Shown here piece by piece: positions 38,014 to 48,361 of a stretch of DNA of 64,000 bases; positions within the stretch are counted from its first letter, which is position 1, and each line of letters opens with the position of its first letter. The DNA is taken from positions 31,488 through 95,487 of the forward strand of contig DAOMOX010000003.1 in the NCBI GenBank assembly GCA_035444565.1, written 5' to 3'. The translations under genes were made by a program, and so were the position numbers. The notes under the pieces were generated by a model. The model saw only the letters and a program-made list of their open reading frames with translations. It was not told the origin of the DNA and did no database searches. The stretch comes from Candidatus Dojkabacteria bacterium (lineage in GTDB: Bacteria; Patescibacteriota; Dojkabacteria; B142; OLB20).

Positions 38014-38069
38014 GAACTCTGGACCCCACCCTTACCATGGGTGTGCTCTGCCAACTGAGCTATTCCAGC
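37997..38069 (-). tRNA. tRNA-Thr(GGU)
   Basis: Cloverleaf; loop ATGGTAA; GCTGGAA/TTCCAGC acceptor stem. Confidence 0.94.
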
Positions 38070-38078
38070 GTAGCTGGT

Positions 38079-38134
38079 CTCAAAACCAACTGCTTGTCCT
38101 TCGTAGCTTTAGCGAAGAAGGAAGCTATTCCAGC
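38079..38134 (-). pseudogene. tRNA-Thr 5' fragment with a 30-nt hairpin in the D-arm
   Basis: Same architecture as 33639-33693 and 33704-33758. Confidence 0.8.
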
Positions 38135-38179
38135 ATGAGAAAAATTATAACAGAAAACAATTGAAATGAGCATAAAAAA

Positions 38180-38330
38180 GCCCTACTGCAGTTCCCTGAT
38201 AGAAGAATTGGAAACTCCTAAACCACAAGTGGTTGTCCTCAGTCCCATCTACACGTAGACAGGAAGATTTCGGATTCCCTATTGAAAGTGTCGAGTTCAA
38301 TTTGATCTATCAAAAGAGCATTGGTAGGGC
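38180..38330 (-). ncRNA. Candidate 6S RNA
   Basis: 151-nt rod with paired ends GCCCTAC/GTAGGGC and a central bubble; extended -10 TGATATACT upstream, T6 downstream. Confidence 0.55.
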
Positions 38331-38452
38331 AGTAAAGTATATCAAAATTGAATCCCAAGTAACAATAAATCTTCTGATATTGCGCAAACAACTAGAACTC
38401 TAGGTGGAATATTCCCTGTTACAAGTGGTAGAATATTGAACTTAACTTACCA

Positions 38453-39517
38453 TTGAACTCTGTGATAATTTTTAATAAGCTGCTCCCTGCTATAACTCAT
38501 GATGTAGGTATTGATTTGGGTACCACTAATACAATTGTATCTATAAAAGGTCACGGGATTGTGGTCAGTGAGCCATCTGTTGTTGCTATAAATAAAGATA
38601 CTAAAAAGATTCTAGCCGTCGGAGAGGAAGCCAGAAGAATGATAGGTAGAACTCCAGCAGCAATTATTGCGGTTAGACCACTTAAAGATGGCGTTATTTC
38701 CGACTTCGATTCTACAGAAGCGATGATTAGATATTTTATCCATAGAGTTTACGATGAATACCCTAAATTATTAAAAATAAAACGACCTAGAGTTGTAATA
38801 GGAATCCCTTCATCTATAACAGAAGTAGAGGCTAGAGCGGTAATTGATGCTGCTACATCCGCAGGAGCAAGAAAAGTATATATCGTGGAGGAGCCAATGG
38901 CAGCTGCGATTGGGGCTGGTTTGGCGATAGACGACGCTTCAGGAAGTATGGTCGTAGACATTGGCGGAGGAACTACTGACATTGCTGTCATTTCACTCGG
39001 TGGGATTGTTGTAGATACAACTGTACGGATAGCTGGAAATGAAATTGATGACGAAATATTAAATTATGTTAAAAATAAATATAACTTACAAATTGGTCTC
39101 AAATTTGCCGAGGATGTGAAAATAGCAATTGGATCAGTCAAACCATTAAAAAAAGAAAGAGAAATGGAGGTAAAGGGGAGAGATATGATTACGGGACTTC
39201 CAAAAATTATTACACTTACTAGTGTTGAGGTTCGTGAAGCAATGATCAAAGTTATCGATAAAATTGTTGAGTCAATCAAAGATGCTCTCGAGCAAACACC
39301 ACCTGAAATACTCTCAGACTTATTGGATAAGGGGATTACACTGGCTGGTGGTGGTGCTCTTATAGAGGGCTTGGACCGATATTTGGAGGAAAAGTTGCAA
39401 ACACCCGTGATTGTGGCTGACGATCCACTCACATGTGTAGTTCGAGGTACTGCAACATTACTAGAAGAAATCGATCTTTTAGAGCGACTCCAGTTAAAAG
39501 ATAGAGATATTTTTTAA
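38453..39517 (+). CDS. mreB: Rod shape-determining protein MreB
   Basis: DVGIDLGTTNT, EEPMAAAIGAG, DIGGGTT; first gene of mreBCD-mrdA. Confidence 0.97.
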   Translation: MNSVIIFNKLLPAITHDVGIDLGTTNTIVSIKGHGIVVSEPSVVAINKDTKKILAVGEEARRMIGRTPAAIIAVRPLKDGVISDFDSTEAMIRYFIHRVYDEYPKLLKIKRPRVVIGIPSSITEVEARAVIDAATSAGARKVYIVEEPMAAAIGAGLAIDDASGSMVVDIGGGTTDIAVISLGGIVVDTTVRIAGNEIDDEILNYVKNKYNLQIGLKFAEDVKIAIGSVKPLKKEREMEVKGRDMITGLPKIITLTSVEVREAMIKVIDKIVESIKDALEQTPPEILSDLLDKGITLAGGGALIEGLDRYLEEKLQTPVIVADDPLTCVVRGTATLLEEIDLLERLQLKDRDIF

Positions 39518-39528
39518 GTGTAAATAAT

Positions 39529-40347
39529 TTGCCCAGTATTAAAACAAACAAACAATTGCTATCTCTACCACTAAACATAGGATTGCTCATCTTGTGTCTA
39601 CTTTTACTTCTATTTGATGGAATCGGTTTTTTCAATCCAATAAAAAGCGTTGCACATAGCATTGGTGTTAATATAACGAATGATTCGTCACGAACAATTG
39701 ACAGTGTATTTAAAACCACAGATGTCTTTAAAGACAGAAAGGAAACATTAGAGAAAGTGGAGCAACTTGAAGAAGAAAATCTTATTTTAAGGTCAGAAAA
39801 CACCAAGTTATATACAAATCTCAAGGAACTAGAAATTATAAAAGAACAAAATACTTTTACCAATCAAGCTGAAACGATTCCGGCAACTGTTACCTCTTAT
39901 ATCCCTGACAAATTTGGACATGTATTAATTAACAAAGGAAGCATGGACAACGTGAAAGTTGGTGATGCATTAATTATCAAGAACTTCTTACTCGGAGAGA
40001 TTGTAGAAGTCAATAGAATAAATAGTATAGCCAGATTAATAAATTCGCCTGATACAATTATTTCTGCAATTTCTATGGAAAACAATGCAAAAGGAGTTAT
40101 CAAGGGCGACTTTAGTATAGGACTAGTAATGAACGAAATTCCTCGCGGCAGTACTATCAATGTAGGTGAGAGTGTCATAACTAGCTCTGAGAATGAGATT
40201 TTACAAAAAGGATTAGTTGTTGGGGAGGTGGTTGAGGTTAATGATAATGATAGCTTGACTACGAAAAGTGCAGTGTTAAAAATAATCCCTGACCTTAAAA
40301 ATTTGGATGAAGTATTTATACTTAGTATCGAAAGAAATGTTGAGTAA
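39529..40347 (+). CDS. mreC: Rod shape-determining protein MreC
   Basis: TM helix, coiled coil, INKGS..VKVGD; synteny. Confidence 0.9.
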   Translation: MPSIKTNKQLLSLPLNIGLLILCLLLLLFDGIGFFNPIKSVAHSIGVNITNDSSRTIDSVFKTTDVFKDRKETLEKVEQLEEENLILRSENTKLYTNLKELEIIKEQNTFTNQAETIPATVTSYIPDKFGHVLINKGSMDNVKVGDALIIKNFLLGEIVEVNRINSIARLINSPDTIISAISMENNAKGVIKGDFSIGLVMNEIPRGSTINVGESVITSSENEILQKGLVVGEVVEVNDNDSLTTKSAVLKIIPDLKNLDEVFILSIERNVE

Positions 40348-40816
40348 AATATTTGGTTTCTTTTTATTCATTATTCTAGTTTTATTAGAAGTATCTCTAC
40401 TCGTTACCGACTATTGGTGGGTGGCTAATATTAATTTACTGATAATAGCAGGTACAATAAAGCTAACAAAAGGGAGTCAAACGGGTGGTTTATTTTTTAT
40501 CTTAATTGGAACAATTATTGTAGATTTGTTGATGTTTAGGAATATAACCTTGATTGCAATGTTTTATACATCAAGTATCTTGATCACAAGGTTTATCTCG
40601 AGATCCTTAAAAATTATTGGATTACCGGGAAGTAGTACACATTCATTTGTGGTTTTTCTTATATTTTTGATTATCAATAATACTTATTTATATATAATTA
40701 ATGTCCTAAATATTACTCAGATAATTTTTGTTACAATATCTAGTTTGTTGATTCTTGTTGGTTCCTTACTAATAACTTCAGTAAAACGCAAATCTCGCAA
40801 TGCTTTCAAAATATAA
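40337..40816 (+). CDS. mreD: MreD-like membrane protein (ATG 40337 preferred)
   Basis: Multi-TM protein between mreC and mrdA. Confidence 0.65.
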   Translation: MLSKIFGFFLFIILVLLEVSLLVTDYWWVANINLLIIAGTIKLTKGSQTGGLFFILIGTIIVDLLMFRNITLIAMFYTSSILITRFISRSLKIIGLPGSSTHSFVVFLIFLIINNTYLYIINVLNITQIIFVTISSLLILVGSLLITSVKRKSRNAFKI

Positions 40817-42671
40817 AGAAAAACTCAAAATCTCAAGTAGAATTAATTTTAGTCAAAAAGAAGACTATAGTTTTCACTTAGTATACATATGCATTTTTTT
40901 AATTTTCGTGTTTTTGATTATCGGATTATTTCAAATGCAATTTCTTCAAGGTCGTCAAAACCTACTTGCAGCAACTAGAACAAGTCAAAATATATCTCTA
41001 GTACTACCACAGAGAGGGGTAATTTATGATGCAAATGGGAATATATTAGCTTATAACGCCCCGACATATTCTGTTTACGCAGACAAAACACAGATAGATG
41101 TCGAAAACGAAAGAGAGATTTTTAGTAAACTCGCAGATTTGATTGATTCTGATGTAGAGGTACTACTAGATGTATATCGGACAGAGTTGTATTCGATAGT
41201 AAAGGAGGAGAGCTTAATCCGTGTGAAGTCTGGGATTAATTCGGACACTTATTTCAGGTTGATAGAAAATTCGGATGAATTAATTGGCTTCACCATACAG
41301 AATGATACTCAAAGACGTTATTCTGATCCCGAGTATTTTTCACATATCCTTGGATATATTGGAAAACCAGCTGAAAATGAATTGTCAGATGAGATTTTCA
41401 CTGTTTCAAAGGTCGGTAAACTTGGTGTTGAAAAGGTCTATGATGACTATTTGAGAGGTAAAGTAGGTAAAAAAATTGAACAAAAACAATATTTAGAAGA
41501 TATCGAGTCAACTTTTATTTCAGAAAATAAAATTGATGGTGATAATCTTCATTTAACTATAGATTCCCGATGGCAAAAGAAGCTTAGCGATATTATGGAG
41601 GAAAGCTTGGTACAAGTTGAGGGATTTGCATCTGCAGGTGTAATTATGGATAGTAATTCAGGAGAAATTAAGGCGATGGTCGGAATTCCTGGATATGACA
41701 ATAACCTTTTTAGCGACGGAATCAAAAACGAACAATATCAGAAATTTTTAGAAGATGATAAAACCCCTCTATTAAACAGGCCAATTGCTCTACAATTACC
41801 TTCAGGATCAATTTTTAAGGTGATAGGAGCATCAGCAGGTCTTGAGACTGGAGTGATTAACAGAAATACAATCATAATGTCAGAAGGTTGTCTGGAACTT
41901 TCAGCAGGAATTGTTTTCTGTGAAGCTGATAAGAAGGTTTTGGGAAACCTCAATGTAGTTCAAGCCCTGAGTCAATCAAGTAATCTATTCTTTTGTAAGG
42001 TTGCAATGAGCTTAAATAGGGATGCTGATGGAATATATACAACACTTAAATATGCTGAGGATTATGGTCTTGGGAGTAAAACAGGAATAGATTTATATGG
42101 AGAACAGGTTGGCTCGCTTCCATCTCCTGAATTGAAAAAGAAATTATTTAATGAAAACTGGTATTTAGGAGATGACTGTAACAGTATGATTGGACAAGGG
42201 TTACTTACAGTCACTCCAATACAGATGGTTGTAGTAGCTTCCGCGATAAATAACGGAGGTGAAGTATTAAAACCACATGTGCTTGATAAAGTAGTGAGTC
42301 AAGAAAATGAGATTGTATTAGAGTCACAGAAAGAAGTTATAAGGAAAGTAAGCGTTTCTGAAACTAATCTAGATATAATAAAAGAAGGAATGAAATCCGC
42401 AGCAAAAGAGGGGAGTGGTAGTATACTGAGAGACTTGAATGCAGATATAATTATTAAAACAGGATCGGCTGATGCTTCGGAAGTGATTAATGGTAAGGTT
42501 TATTCAGGAGCACACTCCTGGATAATGGGCTGTTTCAATCATCAAGGTAGTGATAATTGTTTTGTCGTAATCCAACAATGGGCTGGAAGAGGATATCAAA
42601 CCGTCCCAATTATTAAAAAATTCGTAAATTGTGTACAAACTGATTTTTCTCCAAATTGCGAAAAAATCTAG
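40800..42671 (+). CDS. mrdA: Penicillin-binding protein 2
   Basis: RGVIYDANG, SIFK (SxxK), SSN (SxN), KTGS. Confidence 0.92.
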   Translation: MLSKYKEKLKISSRINFSQKEDYSFHLVYICIFLIFVFLIIGLFQMQFLQGRQNLLAATRTSQNISLVLPQRGVIYDANGNILAYNAPTYSVYADKTQIDVENEREIFSKLADLIDSDVEVLLDVYRTELYSIVKEESLIRVKSGINSDTYFRLIENSDELIGFTIQNDTQRRYSDPEYFSHILGYIGKPAENELSDEIFTVSKVGKLGVEKVYDDYLRGKVGKKIEQKQYLEDIESTFISENKIDGDNLHLTIDSRWQKKLSDIMEESLVQVEGFASAGVIMDSNSGEIKAMVGIPGYDNNLFSDGIKNEQYQKFLEDDKTPLLNRPIALQLPSGSIFKVIGASAGLETGVINRNTIIMSEGCLELSAGIVFCEADKKVLGNLNVVQALSQSSNLFFCKVAMSLNRDADGIYTTLKYAEDYGLGSKTGIDLYGEQVGSLPSPELKKKLFNENWYLGDDCNSMIGQGLLTVTPIQMVVVASAINNGGEVLKPHVLDKVVSQENEIVLESQKEVIRKVSVSETNLDIIKEGMKSAAKEGSGSILRDLNADIIIKTGSADASEVINGKVYSGAHSWIMGCFNHQGSDNCFVVIQQWAGRGYQTVPIIKKFVNCVQTDFSPNCEKI

Positions 42672-42729
42672 TTTCTCCAGAGATTTTTCATCTTCATAAT
42701 CCATAATCATAGATTAGTTATGGTGTTAA

Positions 42730-43746
42730 ATGGAGATATCAGAAAAATATGCTAGATTGAAATTTTCGCAATTGAATGGCTTCAAGTTTGCCAATTTTTT
42801 GGAAATTTTAGAAAAGTTTGAAACGATAGAGAATTTCTTTGAATACAATCCAAAAATAACGCATGGTAAGCTTCAACAAGGCGTAGAATCAGATAAATTA
42901 GATGATATTCCAAATGACAATTTCGTTGTTTACGGAGAAGGGAATTATCCAAGATTACTTACCGAAACTCCTTATCCTCCAATAACTCTTTTTTATAAAG
43001 GTGATATTTCGCTATGTAACGAACAAAACTTGATTAGCATTGTTGGAACCAGAAAACACAGCAGTTATGGAGAAAGAGTGACTAAGGTTATTATTGAGGG
43101 TTTAGGAAAATACAATTATGTATTTATCAGCGGTATGGCACTTGGAATAGACACACTAGTTCATAGTTACTCTTTAGCAAATAAACTTAAAACAATTGCT
43201 GTAATTCCATCTTCTCTTGATAAACCTATGCCGATGTCAAATAGGAAGTTATTTAATCAAATTGCCGAAGACGGGTTAGTAATCACCGAATGTTTAAACA
43301 ATTTCATCTGGAATAAAAGTGTATACGCTAAAAGAAATAGAATAATTGCCGGATTGTCTCCTAAGACAGTTGTTATAGAAGCACCTAGGAAAAGTGGTTC
43401 ACTCATAACTGCAAATCTAGCATTTGAATATAATAGGGAAGTGTATGCTATCCCCGGAAACATTGACTCCGTTTATTCTTTAGGTACAAATAAATTGATA
43501 AAAGACTTAAAAGCACAACTTTTTTCCGGAGTTGATGATATAATCCCCGGACAATTGAAAATGTATAAAGGTATGGACTCAAATAAAATTATAAATTTAT
43601 TAAGGGTCGAACAACTGGATATTGAACAAATTAGTGAATTGCTTGATATGGATATTAACGACACAAAAAACGAGATTCTACAGTTAGAATTAAAAGGCCA
43701 AATTTGCTTAAATACTGATGGTAAGTATAATATAAAATTGCTTTAA
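42730..43746 (+). CDS. dprA: DNA-processing protein DprA
   Basis: IVGTR, SGMALGID, RNRIIAGLS, SGSLITA. Confidence 0.95.
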   Translation: MEISEKYARLKFSQLNGFKFANFLEILEKFETIENFFEYNPKITHGKLQQGVESDKLDDIPNDNFVVYGEGNYPRLLTETPYPPITLFYKGDISLCNEQNLISIVGTRKHSSYGERVTKVIIEGLGKYNYVFISGMALGIDTLVHSYSLANKLKTIAVIPSSLDKPMPMSNRKLFNQIAEDGLVITECLNNFIWNKSVYAKRNRIIAGLSPKTVVIEAPRKSGSLITANLAFEYNREVYAIPGNIDSVYSLGTNKLIKDLKAQLFSGVDDIIPGQLKMYKGMDSNKIINLLRVEQLDIEQISELLDMDINDTKNEILQLELKGQICLNTDGKYNIKLL

Positions 43747-43755
43747 AAAATTTTT

Positions 43756-45987
43756 ATGAATTTAGTAATTGTTGAATCGCCTGCTAAGGCAAAGACTATT
43801 GAAAAATATTTAGGTCGTGATTACAAGGTGTTAGCCTCAAAAGGACACATTGTTGATCTCCCTAAATCAAATATTGGTATCGATGTTGAAAATAATTTCG
43901 AACCTGACTATGTAGTCACAAATCAGAAATCTCTAACAGCTTTGAAGAACGCTGCTAAGGGTTCTGATACTATTTTAATAGCTGTTGATAGCGATAGAGA
44001 AGGAGAAGCAATAGGATGGCATGTAGCTCAGAAACTTGGATTAATCGATAAATCAGGCAAACCTAAACGTAATGCGAAGCCTCTTCACAGGATTACTTTT
44101 ACAGAAATCACCAAGGATGCACTGCTAAATGCCTTGGAGAATAAACATGATATCAATATCGCACTAGTAAATGCACAACAAGCAAGAAGAGTTCTGGATC
44201 GATTGGTTGGTTACAAGCTTTCTCCACTTTTATGGCAGAAAATTAGGTATGGACTCTCAGCAGGTAGGGTGCAGTCTGTGGCGCTTAGACTAATCGTCGA
44301 TAGGGAGGAAGAACGAAACAAGTTTGTCCCTGAGGAATATTGGAATTTATCTGCGTTACTAGGACAGGATAGAAGATCAGAAAAGAAAAACATCAATATT
44401 TTTACAAAAGAATCTGAGATTGCTTTTAATCCTACTGACTCTAACAATCTGCTTTTCAGATTGGTGAAAGTGAACGGTAGTAATCCAGATTTAAAGGAGC
44501 AGAAAACAAGCAAGAAGGTCATGGAGGATATAATTGACTCAGATTGGGTGATCAAAGATATTAGTAGACAAGAATCATTAAGAAACCCGAAACCTCCATT
44601 TATTACTAGTACATTACAGCAGACTTCTGCAAACAAACTAGGTTTTAGTGCCAAGCAAACGATGAAGTTAGCGCAAGATTTATATGAAGCTGGGCTGATT
44701 ACTTATATGAGGACTGACTCATTAAATATTGCGGACCAAGCAGTCAAACAAATTCGGACATTTGTGGAGAAAAAGTTTGGGCAGGCTAATTTGTCCGAAA
44801 ATGCTAGAACATTTAAAACAAAATCTAAACTTAGTCAAGAGGCTCATGAGGCGATAAGGCCTTCAGATGTGAATGTATTAGCAGAAAGCATAAAGTTCGA
44901 TGAAAAACATCAACGCTTATACAGACTTATATGGCAGAGAACTCTTGCTACTCAAATGAAAGAGGCTAGGGTCGAATCAGTAAAAGTCTCAATCGAGGTA
45001 AAAGGTTATCTTTTCCAACTCAATGGGCAACGATTATTAGAGAAAGGTTATTTAGAGGTATATCCTGAACAATTTACAGAGGCGCTTATTCCTGAACTTT
45101 CTGTTGGTCAACAACTTTACTTGGAAAGTTTAAATGCAGAACAAAAATTCACCGAACCAATTGCGAGATTTACAGAAGCTAGTCTAATTAAAGCATTAGA
45201 AAGCTATGGAATTGGTAGGCCCTCAACATACGCTCCAATCATTTCGACAATTACGTCGAGGAACTATATTGAAAAAGACGGAAGATCTTTGGTGCCAACC
45301 GATACTGGTATGGTGGTTATTAAATTGTTGAAAAAACATTTCGGACAAATTGTTGATACAAATTTCACCGCGCAAATTGAAAATGACTTGGATTCAATCG
45401 CTCAAGGGGAAAAAGATTGGATAAAAGTTTTGCACGAATTTTACACCCCATTCGATAAAAATTTAGAAGCGAAGAAATTGGAAATTAAGAAGGAAGATTA
45501 TACGGTAATTTCTAAAAGTGAAGAGAAATGTCCTGATTGTGGTGGCAAAATGGTCGTAAAACTTGGTAAATTTGGAAAATTCCACAGTTGTGTAGACTTT
45601 CCAAAATGTAAAGGCATGAAATCTTTTGGTGATGATACGCTATTAAATATGGATCAGAAATCCGAAGAATTCACAAATCTTTACTTAAATGCACCAAAAA
45701 CAGATGATGATAGAGAATATTTATTGAAAAGAGGAAGATTCGGATATTTCTGGGCTCACCCGGATTATCCCAAGGTTAAGGATGCAAAACCATTAGAATA
45801 TTCTACTTCAGTATTCAAGGAACTCTATGGATCTGCACCAAAAACAAAAAACGGCAAGAAAATGGTGTTAAGAAAGGGAAGATTTGGAGAATTCTGGGCA
45901 CATCCTGATTATCCAGAGAAAAAAGAAGTTTTTAGAATCAACAATAAAGAACTAAAGGAAAAGAAAAAAGAGCTTGGAGTAGAGTAG
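43756..45987 (+). CDS. topA: DNA topoisomerase I
   Basis: LVIVESPAKAKTI, DREGEAI, SAGRVQS, ITYMRTDS. Confidence 0.98.
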   Translation: MNLVIVESPAKAKTIEKYLGRDYKVLASKGHIVDLPKSNIGIDVENNFEPDYVVTNQKSLTALKNAAKGSDTILIAVDSDREGEAIGWHVAQKLGLIDKSGKPKRNAKPLHRITFTEITKDALLNALENKHDINIALVNAQQARRVLDRLVGYKLSPLLWQKIRYGLSAGRVQSVALRLIVDREEERNKFVPEEYWNLSALLGQDRRSEKKNINIFTKESEIAFNPTDSNNLLFRLVKVNGSNPDLKEQKTSKKVMEDIIDSDWVIKDISRQESLRNPKPPFITSTLQQTSANKLGFSAKQTMKLAQDLYEAGLITYMRTDSLNIADQAVKQIRTFVEKKFGQANLSENARTFKTKSKLSQEAHEAIRPSDVNVLAESIKFDEKHQRLYRLIWQRTLATQMKEARVESVKVSIEVKGYLFQLNGQRLLEKGYLEVYPEQFTEALIPELSVGQQLYLESLNAEQKFTEPIARFTEASLIKALESYGIGRPSTYAPIISTITSRNYIEKDGRSLVPTDTGMVVIKLLKKHFGQIVDTNFTAQIENDLDSIAQGEKDWIKVLHEFYTPFDKNLEAKKLEIKKEDYTVISKSEEKCPDCGGKMVVKLGKFGKFHSCVDFPKCKGMKSFGDDTLLNMDQKSEEFTNLYLNAPKTDDDREYLLKRGRFGYFWAHPDYPKVKDAKPLEYSTSVFKELYGSAPKTKNGKKMVLRKGRFGEFWAHPDYPEKKEVFRINNKELKEKKKELGVE

Positions 45988-46034
45988 TCAGAGAGTTTGG
46001 TATCACTTGGTTGATATGTTATAATCTTTGAAAA

Positions 46035-46098
46035 TCACACACCCTAATTAATATGTAATTCTCCTTGTTTTGCATTAGCAAAATCTTATGGGTGGAGG
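46035..46098 (+). promoter_or_regulatory. Putative rpsB (S2) leader
   Basis: TGTTATAAT promoter, then CACACACCC...GGGTGGAGG resembling the S2-leader ends. Confidence 0.5.
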
Positions 46099-46109
46099 AA
46101 TAAAGGAGA

Positions 46110-47096
46110 ATGTTTTTTATTATGACAAGTACAACAAATACTTCTGCACCTGTTGCAGACAAAAGCAAACCATCCCTAGAGGATTACGATGTTTCTTCAT
46201 TTCTAAAGGCAGGTGTTCAATTTGGACACGAAACCAAGAGATGGAATCCAAAGATGAAAAAGTTTATCTTTGCTCAGAAGAACAATATTCACATTCTTGA
46301 TATTTCTAAAACTATTGAGTTGTTGGATGTAGCATTGAAGTTCCTTAGCGAAACAGCCTCAAAAGGTGATATCCTATTTGTCGGAACAAAAAGACAAGCA
46401 GCAGAAATTATCAAAGAACAAGCGATAAACTCTGGTGCATATTACATCACAAACAGATGGCCAGGAGGGTTATTAACAAATTTCGAACAAATTAAACAGA
46501 GTCTAAAAAGATACAAGGAATTAGAAAAAGAGTTTCAAGAAGGTGTAGAAGGAAGAACAAAATTCGAAGTTTCGAATATGAAAAAAGAATGGGTAAAAAT
46601 GAATAGACTTTATGAAGGTATTAAAAACATGACTGGATTCCCTAAGGCAATGGTCGTGGTAGATGTAAATTTCGAAAGAAAGGTATTAACTGAAGCGAAA
46701 AGACTTGGAATTCCTGTAGTTGCTATTGTAGATACAAACACAGACCCTGATTTAGTAGATTATCCAATCCCTGGTAATGATGACGCGATTAATTCACTTA
46801 AGTTACTTATAGGATTCTTAGGAAGTGCTGTGAAAAAAGGAAACGGTGGAAAAGGCATCAAACACGAATACGTTGATTATTCCACATACGAGGTTAAAAT
46901 CCTTAAAGCGGAAGATAAAAAAGAAGAGTTAGTAGAAATTGGTGAAAAAGCGAAAGTTCAGGTCGTAGAACCTATGAAAGTTACATCAGGTAAAAAATCG
47001 GCTAATCAGAAAGGAATTTTAGAGAGTATTCAGAAAGAGCGTGAAGCAAAGAGACAAGTTGAGGCTTCACAAGAAAGAGAAGTATCTGCCAAATAA
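46110..47096 (+). CDS. rpsB: 30S ribosomal protein S2 with C-terminal extension
   Basis: AGVQFGH...WNPKM, RWPGGLLTN, IPGNDDA. Confidence 0.97.
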   Translation: MFFIMTSTTNTSAPVADKSKPSLEDYDVSSFLKAGVQFGHETKRWNPKMKKFIFAQKNNIHILDISKTIELLDVALKFLSETASKGDILFVGTKRQAAEIIKEQAINSGAYYITNRWPGGLLTNFEQIKQSLKRYKELEKEFQEGVEGRTKFEVSNMKKEWVKMNRLYEGIKNMTGFPKAMVVVDVNFERKVLTEAKRLGIPVVAIVDTNTDPDLVDYPIPGNDDAINSLKLLIGFLGSAVKKGNGGKGIKHEYVDYSTYEVKILKAEDKKEELVEIGEKAKVQVVEPMKVTSGKKSANQKGILESIQKEREAKRQVEASQEREVSAK

Positions 47097-47120
47097 TAAT
47101 TTAATTTTTAACTGACTAAA

Positions 47121-47735
47121 ATGGCATCACAATTAGATCAAATTAAAGAATTAAGAAGCTTAACAGGCGCCGGAATCAATAGTATCAAAGAGGCTTTGGA
47201 TCATAGCAAAGGTGATTTCGAAAAATCATTACTTTACCTAAGAGAAAAAGGCTTAGCAAAAGCAGCCAAAAGAGCAGATAAAACTGCTTCAAATGGCTTC
47301 ATTGCGCATTATATCCACGGAGAGGGTAACCTAGGTGTTTTAGTTGAATTGAACGCAGAGACGGATTTTGCATCCAGAAATGAGAAATTCAGAGAACTAG
47401 CTTTTAATATCGCTCTTCATATTGCAGCAGCAGCACCTGAATATATAAAGATTGATGATGTGCCTGCAGATATATTAGATAAAGAGAAAAGTGTTGCAAA
47501 AGCATCCATACCAGGTAATAAACCTGCTGAAATCCTTAATAAAATCGTCGAGGGTAGACTACAAAAATTTTACGAAGAGACAGTATTAATGGAACAGGTT
47601 TATGTTAAAGATGACAATAAAAAAATTAAAGATTTAGTCAATGATGCTGTTGCATCCATTGGAGAAAAGATTGAGATTGGGAAATTCTGTAGAATTAAAA
47701 TCAGTGCACCTACTAATTCTTGCGGAATAAAATAA
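47121..47735 (+). CDS. tsf: Elongation factor Ts (short form)
   Basis: IKELR..TGAG, ELNAETDFA. Confidence 0.96.
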   Translation: MASQLDQIKELRSLTGAGINSIKEALDHSKGDFEKSLLYLREKGLAKAAKRADKTASNGFIAHYIHGEGNLGVLVELNAETDFASRNEKFRELAFNIALHIAAAAPEYIKIDDVPADILDKEKSVAKASIPGNKPAEILNKIVEGRLQKFYEETVLMEQVYVKDDNKKIKDLVNDAVASIGEKIEIGKFCRIKISAPTNSCGIK

Positions 47736-47802
47736 AATCTAGTATTAGATAATTTTATTCTCGACATGTTAAGATAAAACATAAATTTTTATCTGCGTTT
47801 AG

Positions 47803-48357
47803 ATGAGAATCACAGTCGAACAAGCCGAACAAAAATTCAGTGAAGTTGCAGATCATCTGCAAAAAGAACTTGCATCAATCCGCGCTGGTAGGGCAAACCC
47901 TAAATTAGTTGAAGATATCGAAGCTACGGTCTATGGCCAAAAGATGCAGATTAAGCAACTTGCAAACATCACTGTAGCTGATCCCACATTACTGATTATT
48001 CAACCATGGGATAAGAACGCATTACCTGAAATTAAAAAAGCTGTCGAACAAGCAGAAATCGGGATAAATCCTATAAGTGATGGTGATACATTGAGATTAC
48101 CAATTCCTGCTCTTACAGAAGAAAGAAGGTTGGAGTATGTGAAAATTATGAAACAAAAAGTTGAGGAGGCCAGAATCACCGTTAGACAAGTCCGAAAAGA
48201 CGTTTTGGTTGGACTTGATGCTTTGAAAAAAGATAAAACTCTTACAGAAGATGATTACACAACAAAGGAAAAGCAACTTCAAAAAAATGTTGATAAATGG
48301 AATGAAAAGCTCGAAAAAATTGCAGAAGACAAAGAATCTGAATTACTAACTGTTTAA
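47803..48357 (+). CDS. frr: Ribosome recycling factor
   Basis: [21 protein letters not shown]. Confidence 0.97.
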   Translation: MRITVEQAEQKFSEVADHLQKELASIRAGRANPKLVEDIEATVYGQKMQIKQLANITVADPTLLIIQPWDKNALPEIKKAVEQAEIGINPISDGDTLRLPIPALTEERRLEYVKIMKQKVEEARITVRQVRKDVLVGLDALKKDKTLTEDDYTTKEKQLQKNVDKWNEKLEKIAEDKESELLTV

Positions 48358-48361
48358 TCAC

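Noticed and set aside
37487-38058. ORFs 37487-37831 and 37828-38058 with shared sequence (also 32638-32889 and 34368-34586)
   Set aside because: Read-through of non-coding repeats and of tRNA antisense strands.
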